DNA of 64,000 bases from NCBI RefSeq assembly GCF_036321535.1, contig NC_087447.1, positions 35,032,001 through 35,096,000 on the forward strand, given 5' to 3'. The stretch comes from Camelus dromedarius (lineage: Eukaryota). Position numbers and translations under genes: made by a program. This document shows, piece after piece, positions 1 to 13,939 of the stretch (within the stretch, counting starts at the first letter, position 1; every line of letters begins with the position of its first letter). The notes beneath the pieces are model-generated. The model was not told where the DNA came from. It searched no databases and worked only from the letters and a program-made list of their open reading frames with translations.

Positions 1-1754
1 GATTCCTGAGTGTGCCAGCAACCTGATACAGTCACCCACAAAGCAGAGGCACTGCCCCTTCCCCCAAAGAAAGAGCTTATCTAATTTCATTTCTATGAAT
101 AAAATTTGTTGCTTCCTCCTGTGGCGCTTCTTCTCAGTGGCCTCCTCCCTCTCTGACTGCCATGGTTTTGCCCCAGAGTAGTTTCAGTTTGCTTTGTTTG
201 CCCTACTTGGCATTGTAATCCAGCTTTAAATTGTTGACCTGATTCCTGACCGTTACTGGATCTCAGGTAATTTCTTCACATCTGTTTCAGAGCCCCCAGA
301 ACACTTCTAACCAACTCTCAGAGCCACCCTACCACATCCCACCCCTGCCCCACCTGTAGAACCGGGGAGGAAAATCAGACAGTGGTGAAGAAATATTAAG
401 GAGTGTGTGCCAAGTTCAGATGTTCTGATAGCAATGCGTGGGGGAGTGAGTTGACGAGTTTTTAGAAGTGAGCTGAATGTGTGCCAAGTGGAGGTGTTTG
501 GGAGGAACTGGATACAAATCTGGAGCTTAGGACTCAGATAAAGACAGCGATGTAGATTTGGAAGCCGTAGCCATTCTGAAGGCTATATGAATACAATTAA
601 CCAGGGAGAAGTCTTGAGGGAGTAGAGAAGAGGGACCAGACCAAACCCTGGGGGGTCATGACATTTAAGGGTTAAAAAAAAAAAAGGAAAGGAGACAAAC
701 ACACAGGTAAACAGATACGTCAAGAATGTTTCTGACACCTCCAGTACACTCACAGGGAAAGAGACAGACACACCCAGAGAAGTATATGTTCACATAGATG
801 ATCTATGGTATTTGTGGTTTGGCTCCCTCCTAGAACAGGTGACAGATGATGGTTCTGCTTCCGCATTGTAATAAGTCAGAAGCTTTTATAGACAGAGGAG
901 AGTGACCCATCTTCATTCCTGATGGTGTGCTCCATTAGCTTCCACATCATCTGTGTGAGGCTCCATTCACCCAACCCCAGCCCAGGGCAATCCTACAGGT
1001 CTCTCCTGCCCTCTCTGCTTACAGGAGTCAACTTAGGAATACTGAATCCCAGTATCCTCCCATTTTCTGAAGACACTGGTATCAGAATGCCTCTGTCATG
1101 CTGGAGCCCACCTAGGCCAGGCAGGTGAGCCCTGGAGTGGCTGATGTAGCCTGTGGTGCAGGGTCTTCTGCAACCTTTAGGAAAAGGACAAAGATTTTAG
1201 CAGTACTCACTTTTCCAGACCCTCAAAGCTAAATTTTCATGCTGTCTTGAGATAGTTTATGGGTCAATGTCCCTAAAAACCTTCTGGGTCTTTAATTGGC
1301 TTCTGGGCCTGGGGCTAGACACATCTGGGTTCTTACTCCTCTTTCCTTTACTTTGATTATTGATAAGGGCATCACTAGACCTTTAGACATAAGCGGACTT
1401 CTCTAACTGTACAACTGCTAAATCAAGGGTCTCCTAATGGGGTCACTACCAGGGATGCCTCAGGAGGGATTCCTGATTTTGGTGGGGTATATGGGATTAG
1501 ATGACCTCCAACACCCAAGATTCTAGAGTCCCAAACTCTATGAAGTCCAAGTGGTTTAGTAAGTCCTTGTATTTGGGTCATCCAAGTTCAGCTGTGTCAC
1601 CAACAACCTCAATCCCTCTCTGCCTCCTGGCTCCACCCAGACGCTCAGCTCTCTCAGTTGTGTTTTTGGGTTGCTCCTTTCTCAGTGTTAGGAAGTCAGT
1701 ATGAGGAAGCAGAGATAAGAAAGGAGAAGTCTCTGGGGGTTGAGCAGGAGGACT

Positions 1755-1905
1755 TTTTTTTTTTTTTAACTTTTTCCTTTTTTTTTTTTGTTCTTTGTGG
1801 GGAAGGGGCAAGCTAATTAGATTTGTTTATTTGTTTAGCTTTAACAGAGGTACCGGGGATTGAACCCAGGCCTTCATGCATGCTAAACACATACCCATCG
1901 CCCCC
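1755..1905 (-). mobile_element. tRNA-derived SINE (Vic-1 type), partially deleted head
   Basis: T-rich tail then GGGGATTGAACCCAGG...GCATGCTAA, as in the other copies. Confidence 0.7.
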
Positions 1906-4224
1906 AGAAGGGTGGTTTTGAGAAGCAAACAAAAATCACCTAGAAGATCCCACTCATCAAGCCCCGTGAATGAGTAATTCTCTCCTCAACATCAGCACCT
2001 GAGGATCAGTCTTGGACTGACAGGCCAGAGCAGACCCTCCTATGTCTTCCTCTCACAGACCCCATCTTCCCAGACAGATAATCTCCCCCTGGCTAGACCC
2101 TTCCTTCTAGTTATCTCATTCAAGTACAATCATTCATTCATATATCTGGTAGTTATCAACCACTTTTACAGTGGCCAGGCTGGATCTGGGCCACAGACAT
2201 GAACAAAACAGAACTTCCCTGTCCTCGTGGAGCTCATGGTCCAGCAGGGGAGGCTGATGCAATGATCACAACCTCAGCTTCCCACCTCCACCTGCTCCCC
2301 TCTCCTCAGATCTCCAAGACCAGAAAATTAGGCAGGGACAGCGAGGGCTGGCTGGGCCTGGCTGGACCTTCCAAAAGTTTCCTCCTGACCCGACGGGAAG
2401 TGGAGCAAAGCCAGTGAGGCTGCAGTACCGTGTGCAGGGGTCAGGAGTGTTGTTTTGTTACCTCAGCCCTCTTCAAACCCTTTCCTAATCCACCTCGGCT
2501 TCCTACCTCCCATCCGGAGAAGAGTGGGCTTTGGGAGCAAGTCTTACTCACTTATTACAATAGAATTTAAACTGCCAAAGAAAAAGAGCTGGAATTGTGA
2601 CCACACTCCTCTCCCTGCCCCCACCCTGAAGGTTCCTGCACAGGCCAGGCTCTGAGGGGAGTAGGGCAGGGGAAGGCAGCAGCAGTCAAGTGGGGAGGTT
2701 GAGCAGCTCGCCCATCCCTGAAAAACTGGCCCATTCTTCTCCATTATCACAGACACACAAATATACACACACACATACACACACACACCAGCCTCTGCAA
2801 CAAATCTTCTAAACCTCCATTGTACAGGAAAGTGTTATGAACGATCCTGATTTGCTGCAGCAAGAGCCAAGAAAACAGGTTCAGATGATAGAGGGGGAAT
2901 CACATTGAAACCAGCGGTAACCACATTTTGGGATTCCCAGAACTAGTCTAGCTTAAAAATATATATATTGGACATCAAACTAGGGTCACCTACTTTTTTA
3001 TTTTGCCAAGTAAAGACATTAAAAGAGAAAAAACAATAAACTGCCATTACTGTCACTCTATTAAAAAAAAGATATTTTAACCCTAAAAATGAAGACTATA
3101 GACTCAGAATGTAGGCCAATCCTTTAAACAGAACTTAACTTTGTGAAAAGAGTCATACTACTTTTATTTTTATTTTTCCCATTTCTTTTAGGCCTGGTGA
3201 CACCATCATCAGGGACCAGCACCACGTATTCGGAAACTGTGAAAAATGAGGCACATGGAGGGACACATTGGCTATGACAGGGATGGGGAGGAGGCTTGTT
3301 GCCTTGGAAACAGATTTGGAAGCCAGCTGTTCCTGGTTCCAGTCCCAGAACCACCAACTTCTCCTGGGCAAGTGATTGGATCTTTCTGAGCCTCAATTTC
3401 CTTTGAAGTGAGGAAACCAGTAGTTTTCTCAGAGTTTTTGTGGCAATTCAACTTATTTATAAAGCACCTGACACTTAAAAAGTGCTCAGTAAATACTGCT
3501 TTCCTTCCTTTGAGGAAACCTAAGTTCAGAGTGGGCTTTTATTTGCCTGGAATGACTTAGGCACAGTCTTTTCTGAAGATAACTGGGATCTCTTAATAAT
3601 TCACAAATTTTGGAGTGCATCAAAATCACCTGGGGAGCTTGTTAAACATAACAATATTGTAAACTGACTATACTTTAATTTAAAAAAAAGAATGCATGTC
3701 ACATTTTCCAGGGGAAAATTTCATTTTCCATTTTGGACTCTCCTATATTGTTTTGAAATTGTGTTACTATGGGCATATGATACTTACACAAAGTATTTTT
3801 GTATATTGCTGTAAAATATTTATAAACATTGCTATAGAAGAAGATTTTTGTCTTGGGAAAAATATACTATTTTTTAATTAAAAAAACAGTCTATGCATAA
3901 AAAACAAGAACACCCATACAGGTGACCAAATTTCTCCCAGATGGTTCTGTCTCAGTAACTTTAGGGTGGGGTCTGGCATCTATTTAACAAGTTCCCCAAG
4001 TGATTCATCTGCACATTAAAATTTGAGAACTTCTGTACTAAATAACACTTCATTCAATAAGTATGTGCCAGGCTCTGGGCAGAGGCAAAAAAGAAAACAA
4101 TGCATTTTTTGCAAGGCCTAGCATAGCACCTGATGTGTATGAGCACTTATTAAATAGTTACCAAATGACAGCCTTCAACGAGGTGCCTGGTGTTGGGGAT
4201 TCAAGCAAATACATCAGTTAATAA

Positions 4225-5362
4225 CCACAATGACTTTTTTTTGAAGATTTACAATGTTGTATTAGTTTCTGGTGTACAACACAGTGATTCAGCTATACAT
4301 ATATATGTATATATATTCTTTTTCAATTTGTTTTTCATTATAGGTTATTACAAGCTATTGAATACAGGTCCCTGTGCTATATAGTAGGACTTGTTGCTTA
4401 TCTATTTTGTATATAGTAATGTGTGTCTGCTAATCCCAAACTCATAATTTATCCCTCCCCAGACTTTCTCCTTTGGTAACCATAAGTTTGTTTTCTTTGT
4501 CTGTGAATCCTTTTCTGTTTTGTAAATAAATTCATTTCTGCGATTTTTTAGATTCCACGTATAGGTGATATATGGTATTTTTCTTTCTCCATCTGACTTA
4601 CTTTACTTAGTATGATAATCTCTAGGTCCATGTTGCCACAAATGGCATTATTTCATTCTTTTTTATGGCTGAGTAATATTCCATTATGTATGTGTGTATA
4701 CATATATATGTACACACACACACACACACCACATCTTCTTTTTTTTTTGATTTATAATCATTTTACAATGTTGTGTCAAATTCCAGCATAGAGCACAATT
4801 TTTCAGTTTTACATGAACATATATATATTCATTGTCACATTTTTTTCTCTGTGAGCTACCATAAGATCTGGTATATATTTCCCTATGCTATGCAGTATAA
4901 TCTTGTTTATCTATTCTACAATTTTGAAATCCCAGTCTATCTCTTCCCACCCCCCACACCACATCTTCTTTATCCAGTCATCTGTCGATGGACATTTAGG
5001 TTGCTTCCATGTCTTGGCTATTGTAAATAGTGCTGTTATGAATAATGGGGTGCATATATCATTTTGAATTAGAGTTTTCTCTGGATATATACCCAGGAGT
5101 GAGATTGCTGGATCATAGGGTAAGTAAATTTATTTTTAGTTTTTTCAGGAATCCCCATACTGTTTTCCATAGTGGTTGCACCAAATTACATTCCCATCAG
5201 CAGTGTAGGAGGGTTCCCTTTTCTCCATACCCTCTTTAGCATTTATTGTTTGCAGACTTTATAATGATAGCCACTCTGATAGGCATAAGGTGATCTCATT
5301 GTAGGTTTGATTTGCATTTCTCTCATAATTAGCCATACTGAGCATCTTTTCATGTTCCTATT
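4225..5362 (-). mobile_element. L1 3' fragment (end of ORF2 + 3'UTR) with a nested younger L1 tail at 4742-4954
   Basis: Typical L1 antisense text (ccagtcatctgtcgatggacatttaggttgcttccatgtcttggctattgtaaatagtgct); nested insert flanked by TSD CACACCACATCTTCTT (4725-4740 / 4955-4970). Confidence 0.85.
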
Positions 5363-6070
5363 TAGCCCCAAGACTTGTGATGAAAGTGGGCACCAAAGGA
5401 TAGCCAAAAAGTAAGTAATGCTGCCTGCAGAGGGAGGCATCTGAAAAGGCTTCCTAGGGGATAGGCATCTGACAGTTTGAAGGATAGGCAGGGTTTAGCA
5501 GCCGAATTAGTGGCTGTGTGCAAAGAGCGTGTCTAGGTATGTCTGGATCACAGGTACCAGGGTGAGTGCTGGGAAATGAAGCAGGAAGAGGTGTAAGTCT
5601 GGGGACTACATTGTGATAGATCTACCCTACTAAGGTGTTTCAACTTTAGGACGAAGTCCCTGGGAAGCCACGGGGTTGGGGGATGGTGAACAAACAGATT
5701 CTCACTGTAGAAAGTTCATCTTAGCAGCCATCAGTATGGAGAACAGGATGGCACAGTCAATACTGGAGGCAAGGAGAACAATTAGAAGCTGTTGCAATAG
5801 TCCCTGAGAAAGTTGGAAAAGATTGAAACTGGAAGAGTGGCAGTAGGGTGTGGAGAGAGCATTTTTATGTAGTCTTTTCCCGTATTGTAATTCTGTCATC
5901 CCAGTGTGGTCTTTTGCAATGCTTGGGCGGCAGGGTGGGATATTTGTCTATGAGGCCATTAAAAAGAACCTTTTTTAGATTGTGAAAGTAAAACATATTC
6001 ATTATGAAAAATTTGGATATTATAGAAAAGCATAAATAAATTATAGGAATCACCTATCATGCCACCATCC

Positions 6071-6160
6071 AGAGGTAATCACAGCTGAATGCTTTGGTGC
6101 ACTTCCTTCCAATTAAGAGGTAATCACAGCTGAATGCTTTGGTGCACTTCCTTCCAATTA
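6071..6160. repeat. Perfect 45-bp tandem duplication
   Basis: AGAGGTAATCACAGCTGAATGCTTTGGTGCACTTCCTTCCAATTA occurs at 6071-6115 and 6116-6160. Confidence 0.97.
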
Positions 6161-8374
6161 TTTTCCATTCATATTTCAAGTTTTAAAATATAAATTCACC
6201 ATAATTTATTTAATTTTCCCATGTTGTTGAATATGTAAATTTTCCCATTATAAATAATGCTGTAATGAACATATGCCACGTAAATCTTTGCCCACATCTT
6301 TGGTTATTTTCTTACGAAAAAAATCTTAGAAGTAGGATGATTATACCGAAGATAATTATTGTATTTATGATTCACAAGCATCTCTCCAGATAACTGCCAA
6401 ATTACTCTCCAAAAAATGTTTTTGCTCTTGTGACAGCTATGAAGAGCATTAGATCATCTGGGAAATAAATATGTAAATTCTTTATTCAAATGTGATGTAA
6501 AGATCACATTTCTAATCCAATTAATTTCTTAGAAGCTCAACTTCCTGTATTATTAATAACAAATGTTTTCTAGTGTTTGCTATATGCTGGGCACTGTGCT
6601 GGGTACTTTACCTAAAGTTTCTCTTTCAATTCTTGCAATATTTTTATGATATAGGCACTATTACTCTTTCCATTTTACAGATGAGGAACTTGAGGCTCAG
6701 AGAGGCTAAGGGACCGGATTTAGGTCACTATGAGGAAAGAGAAAAGTATAAAGTCCCCCAAATTCTTTAATCAGCCTTGGCCAGAAATTATATCTGAAGC
6801 CAGAGACCACAAGCCTTAGTTTAGTTCCCCATTAATGAGGAATCTTGAAAAGAATAAGACAACTGTTTGACACAGGTGCTTGAAGACAAAGTTTTCAGCT
6901 GAGCTTACATTTTCAATAGATAACGAAGAGAAAATATTTACATATCAGTTATTATAATATATATGTTAAATCTGTTATTTGTTTACAGCCTGTCATTATA
7001 AAGTTGAGCTTCTTAGTTTGTTTACTAAGAGGCAAAGAACTTCCTTATATGATAGTTTTAATGGTTTCAAGAATTGCTGACTAACAATCTTGTGACCATA
7101 AATATTTTTTATAGGAAATTACTTTTGTTAAAATTTTTTTTAGGAAACTGGATTGCTTACTCAAGGTTATATACTATGTTTATCATAAGACATTGAACTC
7201 AGCTGTCAACTTGTGGTAATTAATGCCCTATGACATTCTTGACTTAATTAAGTAACATTACTAGTAAAGGTAACCGAACTTGTTCATTGGACAACACCTG
7301 AGATTTCCTCTCATGGTGCCTACATCAATTTGTTCTTTTATAGATGTTGTCTCGATTTATAGTTATGAGCACAATTAATTAGATTCTTTGATTATCTTCC
7401 CCCCCTACCAGATTAGAAGCTCCATAAGAGATGAGACCGTGCCTCTTTCTGGTTATTATCGTAACACCAGTGTTTAACAGGGAGCCTGGCACATAGTAGG
7501 TGCTCAATAAATATTTGGCAAATGAATGAATGAATGTCTGACTACACATGACATATAGCCTGTAGGGAACCCATTGAGGGAAGAGAGTTAGAAATGACAA
7601 AGAGGGAAGCACTGGATATTGTGGCCAGAAGAAAAAAGTTCACGGGTAATGAGGCAGTTGAGGGGTTGACAAGAATGGAAATGATTGTACAGTAAAGCAG
7701 TGGTTCTCAAACTATGTTGCTGCAGAACTTCACTGGTTCCTTAAGGTTCTGTGAGCTGGCCTGCACGTGGCTTTGTACCACTTAAATAAAATAACCTGAG
7801 ACTTGTTCTCAATTATAATTTTCTCAATCAAATTTTTATTTCATGGTTTTTTTTAACTTTTTGATTCCTGCTGTCCAATATCTCCATAAAGACCTAGCAT
7901 AGTATGGCATGTTATGTAACATATAATCAGCTAAAATGTGATATTTCAATGCTTCATGAAGTCCACAAATAACAACCTGAGAGCCTGTTTGAAAATACCT
8001 GGAGAAGAGGGTTGCAGATGGGAGGATTTGTTTTCAGGTGGCAGGGGCTGGAAGACCCCACACTGAAGCTTCCTAAGGTAACTTAGGACTGTGTTGTGGG
8101 GCACACCCAGATAAAATGTCCCAAGAATGCCTGCATCTGACTGAAGAAGAGTCCCCTCTTTCAGTGACTATATTGTCCCTCCAGCTTGAGCTAAGCTTCT
8201 AGTTAATTAAATCCAAAATATGTGTTTTCCATCCTCTGACTTTGTAATTTTTTGGATCTAAATTCAGAACTTGATATTTCTCCTATTATTTTTAATCTCT
8301 GTTGATTCCTGTCCACAGCAGCTTTGTGAATCCAGATTCTGGCAATAAATTCCATAGGTCCTGTCCATTCCTTC

Positions 8375-8759
8375 TGCTATGGACTGAATTGTGTCCCTCC
8401 CCAAATTCATATATTAAAGCCCTAACCCTCAATGTGATGGCATTTGGCAATAGACAGGGCCTTTGGGAGGTAATTAGGGTTAAATGAGGTCATGAGGATG
8501 CAGCTCTCATGATGAGATGAGTGTCCTTATAAGAAGAGACTTCTCTCTCTTTCCCTCCCTCCCTCCCTCTCCTTCACCGTCTCTCCTCCCACTAGGTTGA
8601 GGACACAGGTAGTCTGCAAGCCAAGAAGGGAGCTCTCACCAGAACCTGGCCATGTTGACACCCTGATGTCAGTCTTCTAGCCTCCAGAACTATGAGAAAA
8701 TAAGTTCAAGCCACTTACTGTATAGTATTTTGTTAGAGTAGCCTAAGCTGATTAAGACA
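8375..8759 (+). mobile_element. MaLR solo LTR (MLT1A-like)
   Basis: TGCTATGGACTGAATTGTGTCC...GATTAAGACA ends; near-TSD CCTTC/CCCTC. Confidence 0.85.
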
Positions 8760-10853
8760 CCCTCTTTATCCCATTATCTCATGACTCCATTGTCTTCAAC
8801 TCACCCCTTCTTTGTCATCGAGTTGCATCACCAGGTTACTCAACTTCCAGATCCCCTTGCATGTGCTCCACAAGCTACCCTAGGTCCCAGCTGGCCTGGA
8901 TTCTTGCCACCTCCAACAAAATCAAATATGCCCTCCTCTGGGGTTCTCCCTCCTCCGTAAATCACAATATGGAAGGCAGAGAGAGCCACTAACATTTAGC
9001 AAGTCAATTAAAAACACAGGCTCTGAGGCTAGAATATGAGGGATCAAGCCCCAGTTCCACCATCTGTTAGCTCCCAGACCTTAGGCAAGTAATTCAACCT
9101 TCCTGTGCCTCAGTTAGCTCATCTATAAAACAAGGTGATTGCATAACTAATATATATATAGTACTTAGAATTGTATCTAGCACATAACAAGACTCAGTAA
9201 CTGCTACCATTATTACTACTCTGTCCTAAGCAGTGCTGAGTGTTTCATATGCCTTATGTAATTTTTATATCAATCCTGTGAAGTAGGGCTTACCGTCTCC
9301 TTTTACATATAAGCAGCGCCCCATCACTCTATCACTTTACCCTATTTTATTGTCTTTATAGCATCTACTACCATCCCCATAGAACATTATTTAATAGTTT
9401 TCCTGTTTATTATTTGTCTCCTCAACACCCCTCCACACCTGCTGGTACGCAAGCTCTTACAAATAAGGGCCTTTATCTTGTTCATTCCAGTGCCTAGTAA
9501 GTTCTCAATAAATATTTTTGAATTAATGTACAACTGAATGAATGGATGCAAATAAGCAGCTCAGGTACAGAGAGGCGAAGTTGCTCTGCCAGGGTCACAC
9601 AGCAAGTAAGTGGCAGAGCCAGGATTTGACATCAGGTCTAAAAATCCATACTTTCTCTGTTGCTGCTTCCCAGAGCAGCAGAGATGAACACAGTTGGAGG
9701 AAGAAGGGACCCCTCCCCCTCCACGGCTGCTTCTTGAGTATGGAGGTTACGGGCACTTTTCCAGTTCATACCAAGGGAGGCCAGGCTAGGCATCTTGGGA
9801 ACCAAAGGTTTTTTCCATGTGTTCTGGACACATCTGCCCTGTTTTCTGCTGCTTCATGATTCACTCCATTGCCCAGGAACCTGATCCATTTCCCTTTCCC
9901 CATTTTGTTTTTGGACATATGTCCTTCTACCTCCTTGTCTGACTTTGACATTCATTTTTTAAAAAAAACTTTAATTTTATTTTAAATTCGAAAGGTAATA
10001 CCTACATGTGTTTTAAAAAATTAATACGTCAAGCTGATACAGTGCACAGTAAGTTTCCTTCCCATGCTGGACCCCTGTCTCCCTCCTCCAAGGAACCACT
10101 GTGGATAGTTTCTCAGATATCCTTTCAGAAGTGTTTTATGAATTTATAAATATGCCTCATTCCCTGTCTCTGTGTCACACACAAATTAAAAAAAAAAAAG
10201 AACTATATATTCTGGTCTGCACATTGCTTTTTTCACTTGGAAAAATATCCTGGAATTCTTTACTTATCAACACATATAGATCTACAGCATTCTTTAAATG
10301 GCTGCATAGTATTTCTATTATCTGGTATGCTGTCGTTATTAAACCACTTCCTTTTGCATGGATGTTTTAGGCTGTTTGTTTCATTTTTGACTAGTACAAC
10401 AATGAACATCTTCACATGTCTCCACATATATGTGAGAGCAAATCTGTTTGATAGCTCCCTAAAAAGTTAAATCACTGGTTAAAGGCTACATGCAATTTTA
10501 ATTTTTATATTAATCCAAAGATGATATTCCACTCTCCACCCATAAAGTATTTCCTCACACTCTCACAGCATTGAGTATTATCAATCTTTTTAATTTTAAT
10601 GTTTGCCAATTTGAGAGTAGGAAAATATCTCATTTTATTTCAGGTTTATTCATTTAATTATGAATAGAATTGCGCTTCTTTTCATGTTTATTAGTCAGGG
10701 GTAAGCTGTTCTTTTTCTGTGAGCCACCGTTTCCTTCTTTTGTGATTTGATCTGAGACTGTAGTCCTGATGTACAGCAGTCCCAAAGCCCTTTCCCGGGC
10801 CTGTTCTCCATCAGCAGTCATCAACCCCTCCCCATGTCCTGCTCAGTCCTCTA

Positions 10854-10867
10854 CTGCCGCCTAGTGA
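10854..10867 (-). promoter_or_regulatory. Candidate CTCF motif
   Basis: Reverse complement TCACTAGGCGGCAG resembles the CTCF core CCACYAGRKGGCAG and sits in a small CpG-enriched patch. Confidence 0.35.
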
Positions 10868-10964
10868 CAGGGGGGATTTACCACAGGCCCTCAGGGACGC
10901 TCCAGTGGCCTGCTCCTCTAGGGCGCTAAACTTCCGTGCTGGAACGATGATGCTCTTGGTACCT

Positions 10965-11131
10965 AGATACCTGGTTTAGCAAATAAAAATGCAAGACCGT
11001 CAGTTAAATATGAATATCAGATAGACGACAAATAATTTTTTTAGTTGGTACATACTTGTACTAAAAAATTACTCATGGTTTATCTGAAATCCAAATTTAA
11101 CTAGGTGTTGTGTAATTTACCCGGCAACCCT
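10965..11131. mobile_element. MER53-like palindromic DNA-transposon MITE
   Basis: TTTAGCAAATAAAAATGCAAGA...CAGTTAAATATGAATATCAGATA paired with TATCTGAAATCCAAATTTAACTAGG...GGCAACCCTA as an inverted repeat. Confidence 0.75.
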
Positions 11132-11640
11132 ATTCCAGGGCTTCCGCTAAATCCGGGTCCCCAGCCTCACCGCGCCTTATCTAATTCATTCGTAGCGAGT
11201 TCTATAGTATCGCATTCCACCCCAGCGGTTTTCAAAAAGGTGGTTTCAGGTGGTACATGAATGACTGTGGCTCTGGATTTAGAGTCCTACATCCAGGCAT
11301 TGACAGGGTGTGAAATCTCATGAAAGTAAAATCGTCTTTGGTGTCTGTTTCCTCATCAGAAGAATAGGAATAATAAACTATTTTCCTCATTGCGTAATTT
11401 TGATGATGTCTGGCATTAAAGCTACCATTTGCTGTGCAGTAAGCATTTCACGTGACTATTCCTGTTATTATTATTACAGTAAATAAGACAGAAATGATAA
11501 AAGATATCATTTAGACACAAAAGTTGGATACTGAGGTGGCATCCAGAAGAGTTGGTGGTTGCCATTGGGGTGCCCCCTGGGAAGTACGGTGCCAACTGGT
11601 GCCTGCTGAGGTCCTGCGACCTCTTCAAACTTCCAGCCCT

Positions 11641-12080
11641 TGGGCATCTGCCTGCTTCTCTTAGGAAGATAAAGTCCTGACAGGTGTTTGCCTTAACAAA
11701 AACAGCCCTGGGAAATGGCTAACTTCACCATAGCTCAGGCTGACTTGTCTCAGCCCATGTCTCCCCCTTATCGAAATCATAAATTACACTACTTTGCTCG
11801 TGCCAGCTCATGTCTCAATCTTACTGGAGTCGGAAATCTACTATCCTCCCGTATACCAAAGCTCCTTACTTCACTTACAGCCAATCAGAAATCTGTTCCC
11901 CCATCCCTTTTGTTCACAGCCCCTCCCCCAATAAAAGAACATGCACCTTCATCCCAGCCCACACACAGGCACCTCTGGTCTGTGTGGTCCACTGTTGCCT
12001 GTGGCAGCGCAAATATTAAACTTTTCCTTTGTTCTTAAACTTCTCCTTGCCTTTGGTAAATTTGTTCACAATCCGCAACA
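11641..12080 (+). mobile_element. Probable ERV solo LTR
   Basis: CCAAT box (CAGCCAATCAG), AATAAAA, ATTAAA, ends in CA; possible 4-bp TSD CCCT. The left boundary is uncertain. Confidence 0.55.
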
Positions 12081-12698
12081 CCCTCCTTCTGTGTATCCCC
12101 AGCAGGGAGGATGGAGAGGAGTGGAATAAAAGACTATTCTCATTAGAAATAATCCTACTGTTTAACTTTTAAAACCAAATGCATGCATGCATGTACTACT
12201 TAGTTAAAAGAATTTTTTTTCCTGAAGTTTTTTAAGCCTAGAAGCATGAGGGCTCAGAGCTCTGATTGCATTTTCTGTGGTTTTTATTGTTTTATTTATT
12301 TTTTTCTGTTCTCTTTAGCGTGTCAGCTTCCCTTGTAATAGCAAAGGAGCTGCAAGGCCTCGTATTAGCACACCTAACCATCCAGCTGTCTTCCTTCCCT
12401 ACCATTATTCTAAAGGCCTGCATGAAGAGAATGTCCGTGCCTGACTGCAGGGCCACATTACAACGTTCACGAGCCCTGAACACTGTTGCCTTCATGGGAC
12501 TTCCCCTGTACAAAAAAACCCTTTTAATTACACTTTATGACTGTACTGGTGGTAAAGATGGATACACCAATATTATGTATTGTATTAGCCTGTTTTTTTC
12601 CCCATTTTTCAGTTTTATTAGGTAGAACTGTTACAACTTGACTGTGCATATACAATATATTGCATGTAAATAAATATATACATTAGCCTGTTTTTTTC

Positions 12699-12782
12699 TT
12701 TTTTTAATGGAGGTATTGGGGATTGAACCCAGGACGTGTGCATGCTAAGCTCGTGCTCTACCACTGAGCTATACCCTCCCCC
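12699..12782 (-). mobile_element. tRNA-derived SINE (Vic-1 type), short form
   Basis: Reverse complement of the same A/B-box head as 61233, with T-run tail. Confidence 0.8.
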
Positions 12783-12989
12783 AACACATTGGTTCTTGAT
12801 TGGTTTAGGCCTGGATGCAGGTTTTCAAAAATCGAATCACTTGGAAAACCAAGGTGAGATTATTCTGATTAGGTTACGGCACTCAGTAAAGTGAGAGCAG
12901 GGTCACACTCAGATGGAATTTCTGTTATACAGTGGGAGAGGAAGGGGAATGGATGTCAGCAAAATAATCAAAATATCCATTGGAAATGA

Positions 12990-13500
12990 GAATGATGTAC
13001 AGAAAAAGAAAAATGAACTATTGATTAGCATACAAAAAGATGCCAGCTAGTAATTGAGGATAGAAAAAATAAGACAACAATGAAATATTTTTCACCCATC
13101 AAATTGCCAGAATTTTAAGTTTGATAATATCCAGAGCTGATGTAGAGAGAAAAGGGTGCTTCAATATATTATTGATGGCAATCTAAATTGGTACCTACTT
13201 TGGGAAGGTAATTAAATAGTAGCTATCAAAATTTTAATTGTGCATACACTTCATCCCAGAAATCCAGCTTCTAGGTATCTAAACATTTAACATAGGAAAA
13301 CATGAGGAATATTTGCACATTAAAGTACGTACGAGGATATTCATTGCAGCACTGTTCGTGATAGTAAAAATTTGTAAGAAGCCTTATAGTTCATTAATAC
13401 CAGTGTGGTTAAATAAACGATGCTAAATACATGCTATGGAATGTGATGTAGCAGGTATAAAAAATAAAGTAGATCAATATGTACTGCTAAGGAGAAAAAC
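12990..13500 (+). mobile_element. Old L1 (L1M-type) fragment
   Basis: Degenerate L1 ORF2-end/3'UTR text (atattcattgcagcactgttcgtgatagtaaaaa). Confidence 0.65.
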
Positions 13501-13939
13501 CCAAAATGGCATTACTCGTGTGCATGATACCAAATCTACACTTAATAATCATAATCATTTAACAGCTTTATTTAGATAATTTACATACTGTAACATTCAC
13601 CTGTTTTAAATGAAGAATAATTTTTAGTAAAACTACAGCACAGCCATCAGCATAATCCAGCTTTGGAGCATTTCCATCACACCAGAAAGATCCATACTGT
13701 ATGTTTGCAGTCAATTTCAGCCTGTTCTTACCCCTCATTAGTGATGACCTTACAGAACCCAGATAACTCTTAAAAGGAACCCTGGACTGGATCCCCAACG
13801 AATATGAATATGAGGCACTTATGTATGTTTTACCGGTACATCCAGGCTGGGTCTGAATTGTATTCTTTCATTCATTCACTGAACAAAACCCAGTTGGCTC
13901 CCTTCGTGGGGCTTATTATCTAAATGGGGCAAAAGCACT

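Noticed and set aside
4773..5067. Similar ORFs at 4773-5030 and 53153-53368 suggesting a duplicated small gene
   Set aside because: Both are antisense translations of the same L1 3'UTR family.
1..10800. Possible exons of an upstream neighbouring gene or a processed pseudogene
   Set aside because: No recognisable coding sequence; the region is dominated by L1, L2, MIR, LTR and MER remnants.
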